Shown here one piece after another: positions 9,001 through 16,900 of a DNA stretch of 64,000 bases. The DNA is from Bugula neritina (taxonomy: Eukaryota > Animalia > Bryozoa). The stretch's first letter is position 1. Every line of letters starts with the position of its first letter. Location of the stretch: NCBI GenBank assembly GCA_964035545.1, contig OZ037766.1:13878722-13942721 (forward strand), given 5' to 3'. A model generated the notes under the pieces. It did not search any database, was not told where the DNA came from, and was given only the letters and a program-made list of their open reading frames with translations. The position numbers and the translations under genes are program-made.

Positions 9001-12000
9001 GGCTGTCCCTGCAGTCAGCAGTATTTCGTGTCTGACAATTCCAGTCAGTCCCACGTCATTCTCCCCGCTGCTGAACACATCACCGTAGTCGCGTAGTAAC
9101 TTGGCCATAGCTTGGCGTTCTCTGTTACTCGCGCAGCCGCCACTGGCTGTTTCGTATAACTCCCGGAGATGTGTCGGGACTGCCCCTCGTCCTTGAATAG
9201 GGTGTCGAGGGGGTGCCTCCGTCGCGTCACCCAGCGACGGGCCCACGTCCTCTTCCTGGACGGAATGGAACCGGCCCAGCATTGACCCAGCTGGGAGCTC
9301 AATGGGCTCGGTAAAGGGGTTGACGCACTGCACTAAGACCTCCCCTCGCTCAGTTAGTCGGTTTAAACTACTGGCGAGTTGGATCTTTTCATGCGCGCTT
9401 TCAACGACCCCGAGCCTGGCTATCCGGTTGCTGTTCACTCGGCAGTGGATAGTAGCTCTGGAGCGTCCGGGTACGGTGCAGTTCCGAACTACCTGAACAC
9501 CGCCCACCAGAGGACGCCCAAACTTATCCACACAGACGAGTTCTCGCCCGCCCATCAGCACCACCGACTTACTAAAATCTATTCGGCACTGGTGTTGCTT
9601 CAAGAAGGGCATGCCGAGGATAGCATCTTCCTCCAGTTGACCTATGATAAAGGTCTCCTGTACAGCCTGATCTCGGACACGCCCAGGGAGCTCGATAATA
9701 CCATAAAAGGGGATACATGACCCGTCTGCCAGGGTGCCATGTTCTCCAGTATATGGTCGTACTCTATCCCTGTCCCGGCGGGGCAGTGCCTCAAAGACTC
9801 TACGGCTGAGAAGGTTGGTAGTACAACCGGAGTCGAGCAGGAAAGTGACGGCGTTGCCGGCCACCTTTCCGGGTAGGAAGTAGCTCTCTCCATGTGGTTG
9901 TACTTTCACCCCCCCCCCGCATGTGCTGTCCTGGTTGGACAGGACGGCGGGGGTTCCACCCGTGGTTTACGGGGCTTCCGGCGGCGAGGTTGGTGCCGGC
10001 GGGGTTTGGGCCTCTCCACTGGGCCTTCTGGCTCCATTTCAGTGGCGGGCTCCTCCTCCCGAGGTAACCGGTGAAACCGGTTAGCGAGTGGCAGGGAAAA
10101 GGTACTGGGCCGTTGTGCGGGCCTACTAGTCCTGCGTGGTACCTGCCACTCGGGTAGAATGTTCCGCCGGGTCCGTACGGACAGACGACGGCGTGTTCCA
10201 CCATACTCCTTTAGTTGCGGCCCGCGGGGAGGGAGAGCGTCCGCGGGCCGTGACAGTTTAACACCCCCTGGTATTGGGGTCGTCCTTTCTGTCCCTGGTC
10301 CTGATCAGCGCTACTCCAGCCTTGCCCCACAGGTGTTGGGGGCATCCGCAAGGCCTGACCGGGGCCAGCACCGGCCAGAATGGTCACCAATTGTCCCAGC
10401 ATCTCTACCATACGGTCCACTTCGGCTTCCAGCGGGAGGGCTTCGGAGCTTGTCGTAGCCCGAGCAGCGCTGACTCCAACTACTGGTGGGTTCCGTTGTG
10501 CTCGATGCATTTGGGTAGCCAACAGGTAAGCTTCTCCAGCCTCCAGGGCATCCTCTATTCTGGTTATCCCTTTAGCTCGTAGGTGATGGTCTAGGCCCAG
10601 GTCGTTTAGGGACTGGACAAAGGCGTCATAGGTGTAACGCTCTTGGTGTTGTGCTGGCAGATCGCTATATGCAATCTGCGCCAGCTTCTTCACCGTCGCG
10701 GCATGTTCTTGTAGCGAGGTCCCCGGGGTGCGGCACAATCTCTCCAGCTTGGTCCTGGCGTCTATGACGGAGGTGCCAAAACGGGCCCGCAGCGCAGCCA
10801 GTATGCCGTCTACGTCCGTTCCCACTCCGTACGGCTTGGCTTGCTCCGTCACCGCCCTCCGCAATTTGATAAGGGCCACTCTATGCGGCCATTGAGCAAC
10901 TTCCATTACCTCTCTAAATTCTTGTATAAATTGTTCGACATCTTCCGACCCAGTAAAGGTGGGAGCTTTCAAGCAATGTCTATAAGCTTCTTCTCCTTCA
11001 CGATTCACAGGATTAACAGCATTTCTACGCTCACCTTCTACTGGGGGTGGTTGCATTCTAGCATGTTCGGTCTCCATCTTTGATATACACTATCCCACCG
11101 CTGCCACCACTGTTATAGTTTTCAGATTTAGGGTTGATGTGTCACCAAGAGAGTCTATTTAACACTAGAGAAACTTCACCAGTTAAGTCGAGTAGATATC
11201 GTTATATTTAATGCAAGAATACATAATAAAAATCCAATGTACAACAGTAATGATACACACGTCTATTTAGTTTACAGCACTATCCTCAACTGAGCTAGTA
11301 GCGCGAAGCGGCTACTATTACTTATAAAACAGCTTAGCTAATTGGCTAATACATTGTTCCGGGTCAATACGCAACCTTGCGTATTGTGTTGCTGGTAGCT
11401 CCACGAGCCACCACAATACACTACAGGATGACTAACTTTACATTTAAGCCTTTTGTCGTTTGCTGCCCTTCTACTTAGACTCTAGAGTTTTGGGCTCAGT
11501 TGTGTTCATGTTGTTTGCATTTTGTGCATATTCAATGTGCTATGCTACACTTTACTTTTTCAAAACAAGCTAAATAGAGTTCATCATAGTATTCCAGATA
11601 TTGACACTTTACACAAATATTCTGCATTTCTACGCATTGAATGACAAATTTTGGAAACATGTTTTCTACATGAGTGTGCATTCTTCAAAGAAGAATAATA
11701 TTTGCAGGTTTGATGATTTAGTGAATATGGTGCCTAAAGAATGCTCTTCTCAATGGTACTTCAAGGTTATACTAGACAAGCTAAGGTTGTTTGGGATTGT
11801 AAGTATCATTTAATGAGACGTTATGATAATATACTTTTAACTGCACTGGACACAGTCACTGGGTTGTTTTACTTTAAATAGTAGGGCTCTGCTGAACATT
11901 AGCAATAATGTTTAGTTAATTAAATTGAATGTTTGAACTCGTAAAGGGTGATTGACTTTTAGTGACTAGGGAGTTGAAAGTTGTTCAATATTCAAGTTAT

Positions 12001-13723
12001 CTTTATAAACCAGTAAAATAATGTCTATACAGGTTGCTGACATGGGTTGGTAGGTAAACTACAATTAACTTATACATCCGGGTTTTTGTGCGAATTTGTT
12101 CTCACCTGATGTGGCCCAGTCTGTTCAATAATAACATGCATAATTAAAAATGCAATGCAGCTGTGCATTGAAAATGTTGCTGTTTACAATTTCAATAAAA
12201 TCAGGATTATTGATTCATGCTATGCAATACGGGTGGCTGTTGAACTGCACCTGCCTGACATAACCTCAGGTGAGAACAAATAGAAACATAGCCAGATATG
12301 ACTGTTTTAGCCTGTCCCCCTACATTATCACAGCTATGTATGTCTCCAACATCGCTTATCACTGCAATCTATTTCATACAACCAAATGAGTATTTATTAC
12401 ATTTCGTGTAAGTCCAAATTCAATCAATATGCATGTATAATTTTATACCATTGTGCTGTTGCCTTATTTCATTATGAGTTTGTAATCATTTATTACATGT
12501 TTCATTAGGTCTCATGCTCACTGTTTTTGAGAGTATTGTTTTAACAGTCAACTGTTCAGTTCAAATCACAAATTTCTTTGTGGTAACATTTAATACAGCA
12601 TTGCAGCTAAATCAGGTTCACTTATTTACAGATATTAATATTTTTAGCCTTTGAACACAAGCGTTCTCAGGTAGTTAACATTAACCACTTGTATGTTCCA
12701 AAACCCAAACTATTTACAGTATCCTAAACACTTAAATTTTCTTGAGCAAATTAATTCCAGTAATGTATGCCAACTGTAAGGTAGCTCATTAAAGTGTTAA
12801 GCACCTATGTATATGGATTTTAGATCTATTAATTATTAAAGGTCTTGATATAGAACTATTAGGCTCTATATACAGTCATAATGTAATCTGTATTCAGACC
12901 TGCATATATTGACTACCCATTTCTTTAAATGGCTCCAAGATAGTGAAATGCTATCATGTACAAAAATATCATGTGCTTTATTGTAGAAGTATGGACCAGA
13001 TAACAAGGTGATATGGCTATATATTTGATATTTGCTATGTAATTCACTGCATCGTCACTTTGCTTTGTGTTACAGCTTAAAGCACCCAAATACTGTTCAA
13101 ATAACCTAAGTTTTTAAAGTAGTTTAATCCACCATCTTATCTATTTATAGGCTTAAATTTCCCCCTTCAGTCATTTTGTGATCATTCAAAATCACTGCAT
13201 GCAAGATTAACTCCCAAAATAACAACAACCAAATTGTACTCTTTCTCTCAAAAGTCGGATATATTGTATCATAGAAATAGCTATTTATTTTTTTATATTA
13301 AATAGCAGTATTTATAATTTGAGATCTAGCATACAAAGTTTAAATTCCAAGTGATTTTAATTTAAGAGTGTTGTGTGCAGTCACCAACCTATCTTTGGGA
13401 ATGAGTGTTCAGTGCTGTGGAAATGACAATAACACAGAGTGTGCTTAATTAAAACATATCTATGATTTTCAATCTGGTATATTATTTCCTTGCAGACTGA
13501 AAGCTCAAGTAAAGCTAGTGAACATAAGTTTACTAAAGTATTGAAGTTTATCAGATCATGGGAGATTTGTTCACCAAATATAGCTTCTGCTGTGGAGTTT
13601 TGTCGTGATAGAATCATTGAAATGAACGAAGAAGATTTTGAAGAGCTTCTTCAGCATTTATTCCCGACAACGGAGCGACCAAAGACAGCCCCTGTAAAAT
13701 CTGCGAGAGGAAGCCACATATAA
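37..13723 (+). CDS. CCDC60: Coiled-coil domain-containing protein 60 (3' part; gene begins upstream of the window)
   Basis: GT-AG exons with consistent phases: 37-168, 872-976, 1085-1258, 1838-1989, 2332-2504, 2889-3127, 3701-3862, 11708-11798, 13496-13723. Spliced peptides RPFTP, LFKQLCCLHWLL..MTPIITCW, WFDDLV..ILDKLRLFG and WEICSPNIASAVEFCRDRII match my recollection of vertebrate CCDC60 (LFRQLCALHWLL, WELCSPDIAVAIEFVREHII). Confidence 0.85.
3218..3288 (-). ncRNA. tRNA-like Pol III promoter unit (box A and box B) in the 3' LTR of the TRIM; not a functional tRNA
   Basis: Minus strand reads GTCCCCG-TGGTGTAATGG(box A)...CTTGCAA...GGTTCGATTCC(box B)-CAGTGAGGGCA. Acceptor, anticodon and T stems are mispaired. 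Confidence 0.75.
3441..3512 (-). ncRNA. tRNA-like Pol III promoter unit in the 5' LTR of the TRIM
   Basis: Second copy with intact box A TGGTGTAATGG and box B GGTTCGATTCC, followed by TTTT near the LTR end. Confidence 0.75.
3975..4279 (-). repeat. 3' LTR of the Gypsy element
   Basis: TG...CA termini; identical to 11111-11415. Confidence 0.97.
4280..4290 (-). other. Polypurine tract of the Gypsy element
   Basis: GGAGGGGGCAG on the minus strand immediately before the 3' LTR. Confidence 0.85.
4544..5617 (-). CDS. Gypsy accessory ORF3: 357-aa protein with acidic N-terminus, C2H2 and C2HC-like zinc fingers, and C-terminal coiled coil
   Basis: Intact ATG ORF starting 17 nt after the pol stop. 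Contains CNLC-x12-HLPQH, then CPC-x12-HQRTMQC, and a heptad-rich tail LREVEARAHDLEQEVYRLAPRVQAASSELKYLQESIKRM. No signal peptide or TM segment seen. Confidence 0.85.
   Translation of the reverse strand: METGSMPVDSELIQQIESELLGTTFHVNDDEDTVMADGLLDLELDTVLGQSTHDSSVPRVHSKSSDSQTSNGRQSLELGCKDPPRSNTNSTFVDTLAPVSPGMPSLEMAWDSEPAPTTSTTRKLPPQLEATSNWITPATEREIRTHQGGEGNRECNLCQQRFTTHRRLKVHLPQHYITTFCPCGEYSYNRDYLLRHQRTMQCYQGHVYEVDESSYPAFLNAIKPLITDSARLSRLEQGFPSPRPIISGAADKPTQSANSPPHSPIRMPHTFPRVVLQRVDTNAYTLPPPLPSSERKRHRQPTSSRSSPWARNLREVEARAHDLEQEVYRLAPRVQAASSELKYLQESIKRMKRAARS
5635..9909 (-). CDS. pol: Gypsy Pol polyprotein (aspartic protease, RT, RNase H, integrase)
   Basis: Protease LLDSGC; RT motifs WRFCVDYRKLN, LPFGL, YLDD; RNase H TDASD..KELLA..RTDH; integrase HHCC (H..H..CEIC) and D,D,E (VDLVG, HSDQG, VVER). 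No stops in 1424 codons; Gypsy domain order; no chromodomain seen. Confidence 0.97.
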   Translation of the reverse strand: MKVQPHGESYFLPGKVAGNAVTFLLDSGCTTNLLSRRVFEALPRRDRDRVRPYTGEHGTLADGSCIPFYGIIELPGRVRDQAVQETFIIGQLEEDAILGMPFLKQHQCRIDFSKSVVLMGGRELVCVDKFGRPLVGGVQVVRNCTVPGRSRATIHCRVNSNRIARLGVVESAHEKIQLASSLNRLTERGEVLVQCVNPFTEPIELPAGSMLGRFHSVQEEDVGPSLGDATEAPPRHPIQGRGAVPTHLRELYETASGGCASNRERQAMAKLLRDYGDVFSSGENDVGLTGIVRHEILLTAGTAPVRQPTRRLGPEKEKEVSRQVRDLLDRGLIEPAHSAWSSPVVLVRKKDGSWRFCVDYRKLNSVTIQDAYPLPRIDESLDALAGSKYFSTLDLLSGYWQVPLSPDAQEKAAFITRDGLWKWKVLPFGLTSAPATFQRLMEQVLSGLHWKTLLVYLDDVIVISPDFETHVSRLQEVFERLRGAGLKLKPSKCALLQPEVKYLGHVVGRNGVATDPEKVRAVEDWVTPQDLTGLRAFLGLVGYYRQYIPDFAGIAQPLNRLTAKGVTWQWTPVEQEAFDRLKGCLLTAPILAYPDPTLEYILDTDASDQNVGAVLSQVQEGREVVVAYYSKSLSPAERNYCTTRKELLAVIKSVKHFRPYLYGRKFRLRTDHASLIWLCRRAEPSSQVARWLEILAEFSYQIEHRPGKRHSNADGLSRRPDGGCKQCLNIERRDGGPPRCELETLAHHGAPFDWDQGQLRQRVDESPEDVQNLRANPILAGNVRELKKLQEELPGVVADIYRAKREGRRPSEERIRQGCAEFRLYCQRWDSLRIGQDGLLTISLAASGRHPERKRVVCPTAIRRELIWDTHKQAHAGVKRVISKLRLRWYWPQMERDVRLRVKQCEICQASKHSRPPGEAGRRRLYAGRPWQVVAVDLVGPMPLTPRGNNWILVLTDHFTRWADALAIPDASAPTVARALDQHVFCYFGLPEQIHSDQGAQFQSQLMSDLCHLWGVNQSRTTPYHPQGNGVVERNNRMLGDALRSLLLGRGQEEWDTVLPQVMRAYRSTPHTSTGETPNLLMLGRETRVPDHLTYHVPEQDNSVHEYASELVERMKAAHEILRQQQWKVRHEDSDEPPLYQRGDKVWMVNYRRRRGQADKLKPKFVGPYVVVEAMPNHTYKIERSGQVSIQNESRLKPYWASPDGVGEAPPLLEPRRQTTTRGRRRHGPEYEVVIPREENLVREERQLLSTEACPPPPSLIPSLPETEPVPEVQTPTEGGAPSGEQEEVTTNGEVETPLEAPTNEPASVSPPRERGQRTRKPPPYLKDFVCDCIRSGAYESLGENRTGKCWSCEPHANINFCEGGIVGGINARKANSSDLVPQKRCSAFSYADIAKGRRISQPAPTLPRTLSMDINTEFPGKPV
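10211..11077 (-). CDS. gag: Gypsy Gag (capsid)
   Basis: ATG 14 nt downstream of the PBS; retrotransposon capsid-like motifs (APTFTGSEDVEQFIQEF, ALRARFG, SLQEHAATVKKLAQIAY, FVQSL). Confidence 0.9.
   Translation of the reverse strand: METEHARMQPPPVEGERRNAVNPVNREGEEAYRHCLKAPTFTGSEDVEQFIQEFREVMEVAQWPHRVALIKLRRAVTEQAKPYGVGTDVDGILAALRARFGTSVIDARTKLERLCRTPGTSLQEHAATVKKLAQIAYSDLPAQHQERYTYDAFVQSLNDLGLDHHLRAKGITRIEDALEAGEAYLLATQMHRAQRNPPVVGVSAARATTSSEALPLEAEVDRMVEMLGQLVTILAGAGPGQALRMPPTPVGQGWSSADQDQGQKGRPQYQGVLNCHGPRTLSLPAGRN
10218..10262 (-). other. Programmed -1 ribosomal frameshift signal (gag-pol)
   Basis: Slippery G_TTA_AAC (10262-10256) in the gag frame, a 5-nt spacer, then a perfect 10-bp GC stem CGGCCCGCGG/CCGCGGGCCG. 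The -1 frame stays open for about 116 codons. Confidence 0.75.
11092..11109 (-). other. Primer-binding site, tRNA-Leu
   Basis: TGGTGGCAGCGGTGGGAT, 1 nt after the 5' LTR; complement of the conserved 3' 18 nt of metazoan tRNA-Leu (ATCCCACCGCTGCCA-CCA). Confidence 0.9.
11111..11415 (-). repeat. 5' LTR of the Gypsy element
   Basis: On the minus strand: CCAAT (11345-11341), TATA-like TTTATAA (~11328-11322), ATTAAA, and a 22-bp palindrome at 11365-11386. Confidence 0.97.
12072..12300. mobile_element. Degenerate MITE-like inverted-repeat element
   Basis: Perfect 16-bp inverted repeat ATTTGTTCTCACCTGA (12094-12109 / 12266-12281) with weaker complementary flanks; boundaries approximate. Confidence 0.45.
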
Positions 13724-13968
13724 CTGCATTTCATTTCAACCAGAAATGATTAGATTAATTTTTTGCTAAAGTTTCTGTAGAAGCAATTTTAATTTGCAAT
13801 AGGGCTATTGCACTGATATTTATTAAGCTAAGTCAATTTTTGTTGGGCTGTTATTTAGCTTCAAGTAGGTTTGTTAAATTTTTCGAGTTTGAATATTATA
13901 TTTTCAAGACCAAATAAACAAAAAATAGACATGTATCATTATATACAGAAGATATTGTGCATTCCATT

Positions 13969-16900
13969 TTATTTTTTCTTCTTTTCTGTTGCTTTAGATT
14001 TTTTGCTGGATGAAGCCTTTGCTTTAGGTTTGGAGTCTTTCGACTTTGTTGTTGACTTGTCAGACTTCTACAATGTACAGCATGCTATTACAGGGCTTCT
14101 AGGAGAATTGAGTGTAGAAGTAAGGAATTCACTAGGCTTATACTAACATCTATGGTTAAATGCAGTAACTTAGCTCCGAAATAAAAACTTCATCATGCAA
14201 AAATATGCATTTTCTCAGACAAAATTTATTAGAATATACTAATAGTACGATTCTAAATAAGACAGCTACGGTTTAGGGATGCACATTAATAATCCTGTCA
14301 TAACTGAGCTGAATGATTCATAGCTTTTCCGATAGGAAAAGTCATAAGGCTTAAGCAGCCCAAAGGAATGAGAAACTATAAAAGTATAAGCTTTGCTGAC
14401 TGAATGAATAGATTATAAAACAATATTGGTACATTGGATCTGGCAGCTTGCAATTTTGTGTGGAACTGCCTACACCAGTAAAAGCAAACGAGCTGCAACT
14501 TTAGAACATTTTAGAATCAGGCAGTAAAAAGAGATCAACTAGAGAAAAAGTTGGCCAAGTAGATAGATATAGGTGGGGAAAATAACAAGAGTATATATAA
14601 GACTGTAGAAAGAAGTGTAAAGGAAGTTGCGATAATCTACTTACTACTTTTAAAGCTTTGATGACCTCTTCATCAGAATCATTATCAGATTCGCTGACCT
14701 CATTATCCAAATCGTCATTACTAACCCGAGACTGTCGCTTCTTAAGAGAACCGGCCACAGTGGAGTAGTGAAGTTTGTGTGATGACTTGTTGTAAGACCT
14801 TGTCATGGCGGCTTTAGTCTAAAGAAAGTAGTGAAAACATGTTTGATAGAAGGAAAGTAGAGATAGTTGGCCAAGACGTTATAAACCAGTATGAATTACT
14901 TTATAGCTGACCTCCACTTAGGAGCAGTAGTGGAGAAATTGAGATAGCTCAAGTTCTTTATTTTCCTTATAAACTTTAGTTTGAAGTGCGGATTAAAGTC
15001 TTGTAAGAACATAACTTGGTTTACCACATATCTAATCTAGAACACAGGCTTTTCTCCATTACTGCGCCTACCTTTATAGTTGCTAGTTGATAACTTATTA
15101 GTATGTTGAAAAAGGGACTGTAGAAACTACTCATAGAACTTCAATCTATATGTTCTCCAGATCGAAGTTTACCAAAGTTTTCAGTATGCTGCAGTGCAAT
15201 TACTATTAGCTCATATCATGTAGCATGACTTCTCACATTTAGATTGAGATGATAAACAATGAGTTAACCTTAGATTCAACTTGGGAACGGAGATCTGTGA
15301 GCCCAGGCCAGACTGTCAGCTCGAGTATATTGTCATAATCATCCTTCAGCAAATCATACTCTTCCATCAGATCAACCACCTGCTTTACTCCGTCAGTCTG
15401 CTTGTCGTGAACCAGCGGAAGTATAAGTCGATCTTTCAACACTGGCAGGTAATCCATATTCACGTTCTGAGCAGTGCCACTGATGCTACAAAACACACGG
15501 TACTATATAATATAAGTACACAGCCGTATCATTTAAACACAGCATGCTATCGACTGGTGGTGGTGGTGATTGCAGTTTATAACTAACAATTAGATATATA
15601 CACATAACATACACTACTCTTATGTTAGCAGGTAAACATAATGACGTAGAAGGTTAGTATGGACTGGTGGCAATGTGTGAAACACCATCTACGATGACGT
15701 ACGTGAAAATCAAATGAGATAATAGGAATGACGGATACAGCTAAATTTCCCCATGTTATATGAATGCTTTGAAGTAACTGCTTTTTAAAATATTATTTTC
15801 ATGTTTTTATATTTTTATATATTCCTTACTTCAAACTCATGTGGGTAAAAAGCTCCTTGTTTAAACGAGAATTCTTGTTTGTTGAAGAAAATTTTCCCAG
15901 CCATTTGGGAAATTCAATTCTCTGTGAAAGATGTCCAGATAATACTTCGCACGGAAGAACACTGGAAAACATCGCCTACAGTAGCAAGCATAAATGGTAC
16001 AACATAAATATCATAGATCAGTAAACAGGCCTTATCATTAGTATAAATATCAGCAGCTCATTTATTTACTCCTAATACACTGGGTTTCCATTATGGAATG
16101 AATGCTCATATGATGAATTTGTGGCTGCAGGCTTTGCATGAACTTATGGTTTTGGTTTATTCGATGCAACTGTTTCCAAAAATCGAATGAAAAATCCATC
16201 CGCATAATTCGAAGCTTCAGGAACACAGTGATAATCCCACACTGTCATTAACATTTTGTAAAACATATAGACAAAGATCCATGTGTGTTCTGTACTCACA
16301 ATACAGCCAGGAACCTGGTAAAACATGTTATTAGAATGCTGGGCACTTCAGTATTTCATAGTTGACAACTTAATAGATACACAGAAGTCTGTCTAATGTA
16401 AACAACTATTGTAACAATAACATGATAAATCTTATGTAATAATAAAGAGTTAGGGGGCCCTGGTACATGCTGGTATAATGAATATCTAATTAGTCACTAG
16501 ATACACACCTGCATTGGCAGCAGTCCCCACTTGTCTGATCTGATGGCCTTGCTGATGACATCACCAGTGCATATGTACCTGGCAGCTTTAGCCAGCCTGT
16601 GCAGGGTGTTGCCAGCTCCGTCCCTACTGCAACACAACAAGAAACTAACTCTATTACTCAGTCAATGAAATACTTCAAGTAATGCTTGCATATACAAAAT
16701 AATCCTTTCCAAAAACCATGGCACAGATTTCTCAATAGTCTGCTAACACAAATATAAGAACTAAATTATAGGAAAAAAGTGTATTTTAGGATAAATTGAT
16801 TAGTTGACAGAAATTAACTTTTAATATGCCTGCCTTTTTAAACTCTACGATTACAAATTATGGCCCACAATTATTGCTATAAAGTTGATTTCGTCTATTA

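Larger units (their letters stand above)
3975..11415 (-). mobile_element. Full-length Ty3/Gypsy LTR retrotransposon (7441 bp), antisense in a CCDC60 intron
   Basis: Two 305-bp LTRs that are identical by eye; 4-bp TSD ATAC at 3971-3974 and 11416-11419; PBS and PPT present; gag, PR-RT-RH-IN pol, and a third ORF. Confidence 0.98.

Noticed and set aside
9800-10204. 134-aa ORF in frame with gag (stop-codon readthrough product)
   Set aside because: It does not join pol in frame, and the -1 frame has a slippery site, hairpin and a PLxNRF motif, which explains the region better.
5831-11083. Numerous antisense or alternative-frame ORFs within gag-pol
   Set aside because: Expected shadows of GC-rich coding sequence; no recognisable motifs.
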